The notes under the pieces: model-generated
The model's database searches: none
What the model was told of the DNA's origin: nothing
The model's input: only the letters and a program-made list of their open reading frames with translations
Assembly: GCA_000004985.1 (NCBI GenBank)
Contig: GG738874.1
Length of the DNA: 64,000 nt
Reading direction: 5' to 3' (one strand)
Origin: Naegleria gruberi
Lineage: Eukaryota
Shown here: positions 12,501 to 21,401 of the stretch, piece by piece
Position numbering within the stretch: position 1 is the stretch's first letter
Layout of the letters: every line of letters begins with the position of its first letter
Position numbers and translations under genes: made by a program

Positions 12501-12661
12501 GAAGCAAAAACAGGAGAAGTTGAATATGATGATAAACTATTTATATGATGTGATGATGATTCAACTCCTTCAAATACTGTATTCTCATCCAACAAACGCT
12601 CCTCTCTTCTGAAGAAACTATCCGAACTATCAGAATTGTTCATCATTTTTTTTAATTTCAA
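9584..12661 (-). CDS. Bifunctional aspartokinase / diaminopimelate decarboxylase (LysC-LysA fusion); intronless, 1025 aa
   Basis: The N-terminal half carries an amino-acid-kinase fold ('DVVLFGVGGSNSDLSVAIYATKLDIGSVDFWTNTGGIYTSSDMKTTNAKFVLELSYHEALEIATSDNFKILQPRS') followed by ACT-like repeats. The C-terminal half is a PLP-dependent DAP decarboxylase ('IFFAIKSNPNVEILKIF', 'HAHVGSG', 'IDCGGGLGVPY', 'ICESGDVFGNDR', 'CTAGSYGFSMSSNYN'). Confidence 0.85.
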   Translation of the reverse strand: MKLKKMMNNSDSSDSFFRREERLLDENTVFEGVESSSHHINSLSSYSTSPVFASGSVLSNTLSLMKTHHHSKFYLCTFDSGLLTKKKGLNFILSQIVSEKKRLHELDENAKIIIVAPSTLNEDEGTKMLKYIQSLSQKKDDDSFESLQSESIVERYLTEFLEPLCQLYKQYPALETVTFNEYRAKMKQSLIGVNLLSESTPKVIAKIIGYYSEMVCNFLLEFLQSEEINHSFSAALLDSKKYLTTAVEEVTHSDKVNFTIYEQRKQDQYLRANYDSPLVDTDLIEELKTSEADILITQGNMGCDGKGDVVLFGVGGSNSDLSVAIYATKLDIGSVDFWTNTGGIYTSSDMKTTNAKFVLELSYHEALEIATSDNFKILQPRSLKLLQEFDIQIRIRSVKLLKRFQSGQIDKEYITLIQSENDEEKSSEEHVTSLTYEEKTPHVKCICIRRDILMVSIDTLDMWQKVGFLADVFSKFKKYNISVDFVTTSEANITITFDATAKLDNDILNKLVNDLRSMNCRVEIIGPCAALSLIGKNIRSFLPRLSSGLKYFSGQKIHSVALAASDVNLTFLLDQNNSNEQLLKELHDWVFIKQAIDSQYIGPSWTELFETQKQKINDVSGKHVWWRVKQNQLLELMQAEDQPLYVYDVDQFYANAQKLINISTKCGGPVDTIFFAIKSNPNVEILKIFEGIGFGLECVSIDEVRMVCNLFPNIDKSRILFTPNFAPKKEYREAISLGVMLTIDSLYPLMNWSELLRGKSVLLRIDPGAGKGHHAKVKTSGVQSKFGIHISDIPQAIELCEQFSITVMGLHAHVGSGILDEAEAWKKTATTLTQLISEYPKLAKDVKLIDCGGGLGVPYVPYKQTELDLGEVAKAMTEFKLNNNPTNVKLCMEPGRFLTANAGVLLARVTQIKNKNFKLFIGIETGMNSLIRPTLYNSHHEIVNLSKISNPDSDDPAESTMVADIVGPICESGDVFGNDRPISSETREGDVLCICTAGSYGFSMSSNYNNRAPAKEVFIPSSKKE

Positions 12662-13062
12662 TTTTTATTTAAAAACGAAAATTATAATTGTTAATACCCA
12701 AATATTAGATGTGATGATATCCAAGATGAAGTAATGACCTGTTTAATATTATTATAATTTAATCATGGTGATGACCTATTCATCTCAGAAAGTGGCCCTA
12801 ACCTTTTTTGGATATCTATTACAGTGTAACATTACTATGGGGATATCAAGAGATGATTTTGGCGCCAAATTTCAAAGCTTTGAAAATATCAAGGCTTTGT
12901 TAATTTAAAGTTTAACTCAATAATAGCAAGTAAAGGGAAACAAACTTTGTGCAAAGTAAAAAAAACAAACACAACATCACTCTCCATCATTCTCCTGATT
13001 GAGTCAATTCAAACAAGCCTTTCAGCACAAGATACAACACAGCAATCGTTCTCATCATTAGC

Positions 13063-13719
13063 ATGAATACATTTTCCTATCCACATACATCTTCGGTAAC
13101 TCTTCCTATCATTACCTATGGTGAGGTTGAACAATTTGTTAAAGATTGGATTTCAACAGGCTGTTCAGACTATTTACAACATGTACCAAAGAATGAGTTG
13201 ATGGCTCATTGTTATATGGTCGGAGTGGATAAACAACTGATCAAGAGAGCTTTTCTTTCGAGTGGAAAAGATGAATTGATAAAGGCTTTGATTTCAGCAT
13301 GTCCAATTGTTGGTTCGTCTAGTGCAATCACTGAAGATTTACAAACATTCCTGAATCGATCACATGATTTGTATTGTGTTATTCATGCAAGGGGAAGAAT
13401 CAATTCGGTAAGACAAGTTGACAATCAACAGCTATCCTTTGACGATGACAAATCAACAATTCTAATCACTAACCATCAAGAGGGCCAACATAACGAGCTC
13501 CTCACCAATTCTTCTAGCAAGGGTTTGCAACCAATTTCTATTCCAAGTCAAACAATAGTTAAGGATTCATGTAAGGAAGAAACAATTTTGAACTCCAATG
13601 CCTCATCAATGGACGAAATCAACTCGCCAGAACTTTCCTCACGACCAAGAAGAAAAATCAGAACCTCTCCTAAAGACAAATACAGATTGAAAAGGATTGG
13701 CCAAAACTACAGGAAATGA
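13063..13719 (+). CDS. Hypothetical protein (218 aa) with a basic C-terminal tail
   Basis: Long ORF of coding-like composition with no recognisable motif. ORF 13787..13993 downstream may be a separate small gene. Confidence 0.3.
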   Translation: MNTFSYPHTSSVTLPIITYGEVEQFVKDWISTGCSDYLQHVPKNELMAHCYMVGVDKQLIKRAFLSSGKDELIKALISACPIVGSSSAITEDLQTFLNRSHDLYCVIHARGRINSVRQVDNQQLSFDDDKSTILITNHQEGQHNELLTNSSSKGLQPISIPSQTIVKDSCKEETILNSNASSMDEINSPELSSRPRRKIRTSPKDKYRLKRIGQNYRK

Positions 13720-14337
13720 TTTGAAACTGGTCAATCTCTTCAGTAAACTGTAATTTCTCTCAACAATAAAAAACAAGCTCAATACAATGCAGGAAGAAAG
13801 CATCATCACGACGACATCATCTAATGAATCAACTACTCATATTCATGATGAGATTTATGCTCCGAGATTGAAAACAGCAAGAGAAATACAGGAATTTATT
13901 GAGGCGTACAGACAAATAATGATAGCCAGAAAGAGAATGGTCTTGTCGACCCTGCAGCGAAAACTCATTCAAAAAAGATCTAAACCATTGTAAAATTAGT
14001 AACAAAATATAAAACTAGGGAGAATTAAATCTAATTCTTAATAAAAGAAGCAATTTCTTATTCTTATTCGAATGAAAACGAAAGATTATTGTATTGAATA
14101 CTCAATACCCAGATCTTGTAACAAAGGATCATAAAACATCATCTAGTAAAACCAATCCAATTACAACTATATGATTACCATTTCAATATTCACATCAAAC
14201 ATCAATAGTGGAAAAACAAAACAACAAAAAAAAAGTTCACTACATTTGCCACACTTTATAACGGTCATTTCGAATTTTAAAAAACCATCATCACAAATAA
14301 TAATACCTAAACTAAACTATTCTAATTATTATTCGAA

Positions 14338-16275
14338 ATGGGTCAACATCACACCTCCAATAATTCTGATGTAGCAACAATTCAAAATCCAGAAACATCA
14401 ACATCATCACTCGCTTCCAGTAGTCAGAATTTGATAGAACCAACACCACCTCTCACTCCCCGAAGTAGAAAACAAAGAGCAATATCAAATTTAAATTTAT
14501 CAACTGAATCCCTGTCAAGTCAAACGTCAAATTCATCAACACAAAATGTTAAAATATTATTACTAGGACTTAATGGAGCAGGTTTGTTTTTTCTCTTAGT
14601 TTTTAATATTTACTTTTGGATCCAAAATAGGAAAATCAACAATTATTAAAAAGTTGAAGGAATATATAACAGAAAAGAATTCATTACACGATGAAAATCT
14701 TGTAGATCATCTTGCTCTGAACAAAACTTTTAGAGATATTATTCATTTCCATGCATTGAATGGAATTAAACAATTAATTTTGGCATCTGAAAAGCTTGAC
14801 ATTTCCATTCTACCAAGACACTCTGAACAAAAGAATGATATTGAATTTGCCATCAGTTATTTGAGTAATTTACATTTTCGTTATGGAGAACATGTGTTGA
14901 CAAGTGAAGTTGCAAGATTAATGAAATTATTGTGGGAACAACGTGGAGCTAAGGAAATTCATTCGGAATTTATTGAATATAGAAATCAACAAGCACAATT
15001 GTTGCAACAGAAACAATTGAACGAAGCTGTTTCTGAAAATGCAACTGAAAATCATGAAAATCAAGAAAATCATGATGAAAAACAAAACGAAACTAGTACA
15101 AATGAAACTAATGCCAGTGCAACAACTGAAACTGCTAATTTGAATGAAACAGCAACTGAACCTTCAGCAGCTACTGTTGCCGAAACCGAAACAACTGAAA
15201 CCAATAATGAAGTGAACGAAACTGTTGCCGAAACTCCACAAGTCAGAGTTGATACTGAAGAAGAAGATGTAAGAGCAGTTGCCATCAATGACAAACACTT
15301 CAACGCAGGTGAAATCAATTGCTTTACTCTCTATAAGGATTTGTATAATTTGGACTTTTTCATGAGTAATATTGACAGAATTTCAGAGTTTGACTACGTA
15401 CCAACCGATGAAGATGTAAAATATTGTCAAACTCACTTGAAAGAAGAAAAGAAAGGTATTGAAGAAATTGAATTTGACTTTAGTGGTTCTAAATATACAA
15501 TTTATTGTGTGGAAGGTCAGAATAATGATGGAAGAAAGTGGCTCTTCCTCTTCCAAGGTGTGGACATTGTCTTATTCTTGTGTCCAATTGGTGATTTTGA
15601 TGTCATTCCATCATCACTCGATAGAAAGAATATTGTTCGTGAGAGGTAAGTGAAAATGATCTTGTTTTTATTGAACTATTTATTGTAAAATTATACTCAA
15701 CATACAGTTTGGACTTTTTCAGTAAAATGTGTAATAGTAAATGGTTCAGAAATACACCTGCCATCCTACTCCTCTCCAAATGGGATTCATTCCGTGAAAA
15801 GATTACCAATACTCCTCTAACTTTCTGTTTTGAAGATTACGATGGCGATCATCACAGTTATCAACATGCTCTCAAATTTCTCATTTCAAAATTCAATCAT
15901 GTGAGAGATAAGGAAGGAAAAGGACTCATCAATACCAATATTTATCAACAATTTTCCACAATGGACATGACTCACGAAGAGTTGGCCAATAATTTGGGAG
16001 GAACCATTAAGAATATTCGAATTGAACAGAAAGAAATGGAAAGAAAACAAAAGAGAGAATCCACTCATCGATTAGCTGGCGATCCAAACTCACCCAATAT
16101 TAGCTCAGCAGGTAGTCACACCCATTCCAATTCAAGTGGTGAGGCCATTTCACCAAAAAGTCCAGCTAGGTCAAATAGTGTGAATTCTTCGCCCTCTTCT
16201 GTCTCTACATCAGGAACTGAAAATATCAAACACAAATTATTTGCAGGACTTTTACAAAAATTAAAGAAAAAGTAA
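14338..16275 (+). CDS. Divergent heterotrimeric G-protein alpha-subunit-like protein; exons 14338..14581, 14631..15645 and 15708..16275
   Basis: The P-loop is split by a phase-1 intron (donor GT at 14582, acceptor AG at 14630) and reads 'KILLLGLNGAG|KSTIIKKLK'. The switch II region is 'FDFSGSKYTIYCVEGQNNDGRKWLFLFQGVDIVLFLCPIGDFD'. The G4 region is 'SKMCNSKWFRNTPAILLLSKWDSFREKI...TFCFEDY', with Gly2 after the start Met. Intron 2 is a phase-2 GTAAGT at 15646 to the AG at 15707. Confidence 0.7.
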
Positions 16276-16443
16276 AAATTATTTACAATCATGATTTTTG
16301 AGATTTGAGAAATACAATTATCATTAAATTAATCCAAAGAATATTTGTGCATTGACTCCAAATCTCTTTTCAATTTGATTTGCAAATCAGTTTGTATTTC
16401 AAAATTATATCAAAAATAAAATTCTATTCAAAAATTAAAAAAA

Positions 16444-17238
16444 ATGCTTTCATTTCGTGCAAGCCAACTCAGACCACAAACTTTGTGTATTGTTACAGGT
16501 GCTTCTAAAGGCATTGGGAGGGAAATTACAAAACAATTATCGGAATGGGGAGTACATTGTGCAACGATAAGTAGATCGGAAATTGAGGCTAAGGATTTAT
16601 TTCCTAATCAATATCATTTTCCATGTGATGTTTCCAATGCTAAACAAGTCTCGGAGACAATTAAACAAATTTCGCAACAATTTGGTAAAAGTCATGCAAT
16701 GAATATGTTGGTGAATGCTGCTGGAATTTCCAAAGACGGACTATTGTTGAGGTTTTCTCAAGAGGATGTGGAGGAAATTATGAATATTAATTTGATGGGA
16801 ACTATTAATGTTTGTAAGAGCTCTCTCCGATACTTTATGTTGAGTCATTCGAGTGGTGAAATGCCTTCATCAATTGTTAATATTTCTAGTGTGATTGGTG
16901 GAACTCATATGACCAATGTTGGACAATCAGTTTATGCAGCATCTAAGGCAGGAGTTGTTGCCTTCTCTCAGAATTTATCTCGTGAGTTGCTTGGAAGAGA
17001 TGTCAGAGTTAATGTTGTTAGTCCTGGATTCATTGAAACTGAAATGACCAAACACATTTCGGATTCCATTTCAAAAACATCAAGTGAACAAAAGAATGAA
17101 ATGGTTCAAAAGATTGAAAAGGTGAGAATGGGAAAGCCAAAAGATGTTGCCAGTATGGTTCGATTCCTTCTTTCAGAGCAATCAGAATATATTAATGGAC
17201 AAAATCTTGTTGTGGATGGTGGATTATCGTTATTGTAA
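16444..17238 (+). CDS. Short-chain dehydrogenase/reductase, 3-oxoacyl-[ACP] reductase-like (FabG/CBR4-type)
   Basis: 'CIVTGASKGIGREI' is a TGxxxGxG Rossmann motif. 'NAAG' is present, as is the catalytic 'YAASKAGV' (YxxxK). The protein ends '...GQNLVVDGGL'. Single exon. Confidence 0.8.
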   Translation: MLSFRASQLRPQTLCIVTGASKGIGREITKQLSEWGVHCATISRSEIEAKDLFPNQYHFPCDVSNAKQVSETIKQISQQFGKSHAMNMLVNAAGISKDGLLLRFSQEDVEEIMNINLMGTINVCKSSLRYFMLSHSSGEMPSSIVNISSVIGGTHMTNVGQSVYAASKAGVVAFSQNLSRELLGRDVRVNVVSPGFIETEMTKHISDSISKTSSEQKNEMVQKIEKVRMGKPKDVASMVRFLLSEQSEYINGQNLVVDGGLSLL

Positions 17239-17245
17239 AAATTTA

Positions 17246-18292
17246 TTAATGCTCCTCTTTAGGGAAAAGGAAATCGGTAGTTAATGCCAATTTGACATTG
17301 TCTAACAGTGTCTTTTTCAGTTCAGGAGTATTAACAACCCAAACGTTTGTCACGTATCCTCTCTTTTGCAAACTCTTCAGGTAATCCACTGTTGCAAGAG
17401 AAGCATCAAAACCTAAAACAGCACTTCCAATAAATGCTGGAATAACTGTAATATTGGCATAATACCACATCTTGTCCAAAATCTTGGTAAGAGCTTCTAA
17501 TGATGAATAGATAATCTTATCTTTCAAATTCTTATTAGAACCTTCACTCAATTCACACAATACTGTTGGGAAGTCACCAGAATAAACTCTCTTCAAACCT
17601 GGACCTTTAGATTCCGTTGGTCTACTGTGCTTCATCCAATCACCCAATAATCCTCTCTTGAAAAGTAAATTGGTGACAACCTTTGGATTCAACTTTCTCA
17701 TGACATACAATAAAATTGGATTGAAACTGGCTACTGTTGATTGACGATAAAGAGATGGATACTTCTTATATAATTCGTCTAACTTTTTAGCCATGAGTGC
17801 CAATCTAGAATATTGTTTGACTTCAATCATAATGACTTGTTTTGGATCCAAAGAAAAGACAAAATTGATATATTCTTCAAGTGTTGGGATTTGTTCCTTT
17901 CCACTTTCATCATCAATATATCTGTAATATTTCTTAACTTCCTCAAGAGTCAATTGACCAATTCCAATACTATTCTTTCCTTCCATTTTATCAATACCAT
18001 AACAAACTCTTTGCATGGCAAGAGTATCATGGAATACTACAATTTCTCCATCTTTAGTAAGTTGACAATCAAGTTCAACACCATCAGATCCATGCTCAAT
18101 TGAGTAACGAACAGCACTAAGAGAATTTTCTGGAATGCTCTTAGTCTTTATATAACGACAACCTCTGTGTCCAATCAAAATATCATTAAAGAATGATGCA
18201 TCAGGTGACTTTGGTGCTCGGAACAAATAAAACAAGGCAACCAATACCAAAGCAACCACACAACCCAATAGAGCCAATGTAATCAAACACAT
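17246..18292 (-). CDS. Glycerophosphodiester phosphodiesterase (GDPD) family protein with an N-terminal transmembrane anchor
   Basis: There is an N-terminal hydrophobic helix. The GDPD catalytic motif is 'HRGCRYIKTKSIPENSLSAVRYSIEHGSDGVELDCQLTKDGEIVVFHD' (HR(G)...E.D......DG..V..HD). Single exon. Confidence 0.75.
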   Translation of the reverse strand: MCLITLALLGCVVALVLVALFYLFRAPKSPDASFFNDILIGHRGCRYIKTKSIPENSLSAVRYSIEHGSDGVELDCQLTKDGEIVVFHDTLAMQRVCYGIDKMEGKNSIGIGQLTLEEVKKYYRYIDDESGKEQIPTLEEYINFVFSLDPKQVIMIEVKQYSRLALMAKKLDELYKKYPSLYRQSTVASFNPILLYVMRKLNPKVVTNLLFKRGLLGDWMKHSRPTESKGPGLKRVYSGDFPTVLCELSEGSNKNLKDKIIYSSLEALTKILDKMWYYANITVIPAFIGSAVLGFDASLATVDYLKSLQKRGYVTNVWVVNTPELKKTLLDNVKLALTTDFLFPKEEH

Positions 18293-18800
18293 CCTAAATT
18301 ATGTATTCGTCTATACGTATATTATTTGAAATCCAATAAACACAATCCTATCGAGGAGATTTAGTATCGATAGTAGATGCACAACTAGTCAAACACTCTG
18401 CTCTCTGAAAAGAAAGATGCTTTTAGAAATTGGAGAAAACCACTCGAGTGGATAAGAGAATGGATTTTTTTTGCTTGTTGTTCAACGACCAGTCATAACG
18501 TTGTTATCAAGGGCGCGGATAACATGATGGAACCAATAAAGTCACTTTGAAAGAATAGTGGATAATATGGTGGTACCACCATCAGCTGATCATCATCTTT
18601 TCCTTTACCAAATTTGTTTCGAATTTGTATGCTGAATAATTATCTACTCGAATTGGTTGAAGTGGATATTAATAAAATTAGAATTGTCATTGTAAAATTC
18701 TCGCGGATGATGATATCATTCATTGTTAAATCTTTCCGTAGGGTACCATGATCACCGTTATCAAATAATTATTTCATCATCAGTAATTTTTATAATTTTT

Positions 18801-19105
18801 TTATTGTTGTTGGTTTTGCATCACGAGAGAAATTTCCTTTTGGGCATCAAAGAATTTATCAACACATGAATCAATACACTTCTTTTCATAGTCATCCAAA
18901 TCCTTTCCGTAAGCAGTCAAACACTTTTTATTGCAGACTGTGAGCATACTATTTTGATAAAATGGAAAAATAATCATCACAACAAGTGTGATTTGCACAT
19001 TAAATAAAATCATCAATATTTAGATACATACTTGAAGTAGAGAGTTCGGAAAGCTTCCAATTCAACCATAGACACTTGTCCACCCATTGGGTTCATTTGA
19101 TTCAT
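18801..19105 (-). CDS. Small Tim (Tim9/10-type) mitochondrial intermembrane-space chaperone; exons 19105..19032 and 18948..18801
   Basis: Exon 1 reads 'MNQMNPMGGQVSMVELEAFRTLYF' and ends at a GTATGT donor. Exon 2 carries the twin CX3C motif 'CNKKC...CIDSC' characteristic of small Tim proteins. Confidence 0.65.
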
Positions 19106-19263
19106 TTTTTTATTTAAATTAATTTTTATATAAAATTTCAATCAATTTGAGAAGAAAAGTCACAAAGCAGAAAAGTGTCATGTTGATTAGAATTGCAAGT
19201 CAATTTGATTAGTGGCCTGCTTAATGGTCTTATGATTTGAAAAATTTAATGTGAACTAGTTTA

Positions 19264-21153
19264 TTAAACAATTTCAACAGTTCCCATGTTGAATCCACAG
19301 TCCCCATTTCTTCCTCCTTGCGTACCAACAGATACAATGACGAAATCTAATCTAATTTTGGTTCCATTCAAAGTTCCCTTATAAGTGGCAACTCTACCAT
19401 CTTCCCACTTTGCAGTGACATCCATGAAATTGTTCAAGAAGGTTCCAGAGTATGTCTTGGCATATGATTGTCCAGCATTCTTATTCTTTCCTGAAACATT
19501 ACCAAATTCTACAAAATTCAATATAAATTTCTTAGAGCTAAAACTTACTATCAACATTGAAAGTCATCTTCCAACCATCTACTTCAGAATTCTATAAACC
19601 TTATTAGTTTTGAATAATCCTTAAAAAACTTACACATGATGAGCCATTCCATTTAGTCCAAAATGTTTTACCACTGATATTGAAAGACTTGGTTTCTGAT
19701 GGACTGCTACTAGTTTCAAATAATGTTCCAGTATTAAATCCACAATCTCCAACATGACCACCTTGAGTACCAACAGCAGTAATGGTAAAATCAAGTCTGA
19801 CCTTATTTCCAGTGACAGTTCCTTTATATGTGGCTGTTCTACCATCATCCCATCTAGCAGTAACATCCATGATATTATTTCTAAAAGTTCCACTATAATG
19901 CTTTCTGATGGAATTTTTACTATCATTCTTATTACTTCCAGAAACATTTCCGTTTGCTTAATATGTGTAAGTCCGAATAAAGATGAAAATAACCTACCAT
20001 CAACTTCAAATACCATTTCCCAACCCTCTACAGCAGAATTACAACCTAAAAGATGTAAATTAGAAATATAAATCTTAATACTTACCAGCCCCATTCCAAC
20101 GAGTCCAATTTGTAATTCCGTCCTTTCCACCTCCAATTCTGTAAAACTTATTCTTTTGTTGAATTGGTTGTACCATAGGTTGAACCATTGGTTGAACTAC
20201 AGGTTGTACTATTGGTTGTTGTTGATATACAGGTGGTTGTTGATACATTGGTTGTTGCATTTGGGGTTGCATTTGTTGTTGATATGGTGGTTGTTGACCA
20301 TATGGAGGTTGCATTGGATAAGAAGGTGCAGTAGGTTGTCCAAAAGGTTGATAAGGATTAAAGTTTTGTTGAGGAACAGTTGGTTGTTGTGGAAACATTG
20401 GTTGATTGGTAGTTGGATAAATTGGTTGATACATTGGTGGCTGTTGTTGCATTGGTTGTTGTTGTCCAGTTCTTCTAAAACAATCACCATTAGGCAATTG
20501 CCATGTATTAATATCCATAGTTTCAACCTTAAGAATTTGTTCACTTCCTTGATTTTGGAAAACCAAATACAATACAAATACATTTCTATTGTTATCACGA
20601 ACAGTGTAGGTATCACAAATTCTTCCATCGGTTTGATTTTTCAAAACAAAATGTCCTCCTTCATGCATAGTACATTTCCAAACCTTTAATTTATACAAAA
20701 TGTATAAAACAACAATTATTTCAAATACCTACCTTTCCAGAATTTTCGGTAAAATCAGCTCCGATCAAAGGAGGAACATCTTGAATAACAGTTGAAGCTG
20801 GTTGAGACAATCCAGTTGAATAATTCATAGAATGAATTCTAGTAAAGGTCTCATTAGTTGCTACTAATTGTGACCCATCAACTGAAGGAACAAACTTCAT
20901 ATTGGCATGTCCATCAAATCTTTGTAAATTAATATATAAATTTTAAAATTGTCATCAAACTATGAAACACCTACGTTGCAAATAAGACCCATTGTAATCC
21001 CCCGTTCAATGGCACAGCTATACCAGTAGCATTTCTATTAGTACCATCTTGAACCCATTGGAAGGTATTACCGAATTGTGTGGCTCTCCAAATTCTTCCT
21101 GATCTTTCAATCCACTCACCATCTAGTCTTGGTGCAACATTACCCATTTTCAA
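19264..21153 (-). CDS. Multi-exon protein with repeated beta-rich (lectin-like) modules and a Pro/Gln-rich linker (at least 6 exons)
   Basis: The gene starts 'MGNVAPRLDGEWIERSGRIW...'. Exons are joined by GTAGGT/GTAAGT donors. The ~50-aa module '...MDVTA(R/K)W(D/E)DGR(T/V)ATYKGT..G.K(V/I)RLDF.I..VGTQGG..GDCGFN(T/M)GT' is repeated, as is 'W.(K/R)WNG(A/S)'. Exon 20075..20698 encodes a P/Q/M/Y-rich linker 'QQQPPMYQPIYPTTNQPMFPQQ...VQPMVQPMVQPIQQ'. Confidence 0.45.
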
Positions 21154-21401
21154 AGTGTTGTTGATATTTTTTTAATATATGATTTTAAGGAGAAACAAGT
21201 TGTTTCCGGTTAGTGTGCTCAAGTTCATCTTTCATCTCCCTTAAGATGTAATAATAACTCAATAACTTATGAGGGAGATAGAACAGGTAACGTTTGTTGT
21301 GTTTTTCAGAAAGTACAAAGTCCTTCATCATCCGATGAAGAATCTTTATTTAAGGTTACATATTGTAGAATGTTACATAATAAATATAATAATATTTATT
21401 A

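Noticed and set aside
15070-15318. Minus-strand 82-aa ORF rich in Ala/Val/Ser/Thr.
   Set aside because: It is the antisense reading of the T/E-rich insert in the G-alpha-like gene, a repeat artefact.
20156-20689. Plus-strand 177-aa Leu/Trp/His-rich ORF and minus-strand ORF 20209..20628.
   Set aside because: These are alternative frames of the CAA/CCA-rich (Gln/Pro) linker exon of the lectin-like gene. The frame encoding 'QQQPPMYQ..' is the one that splices to flanking exons.
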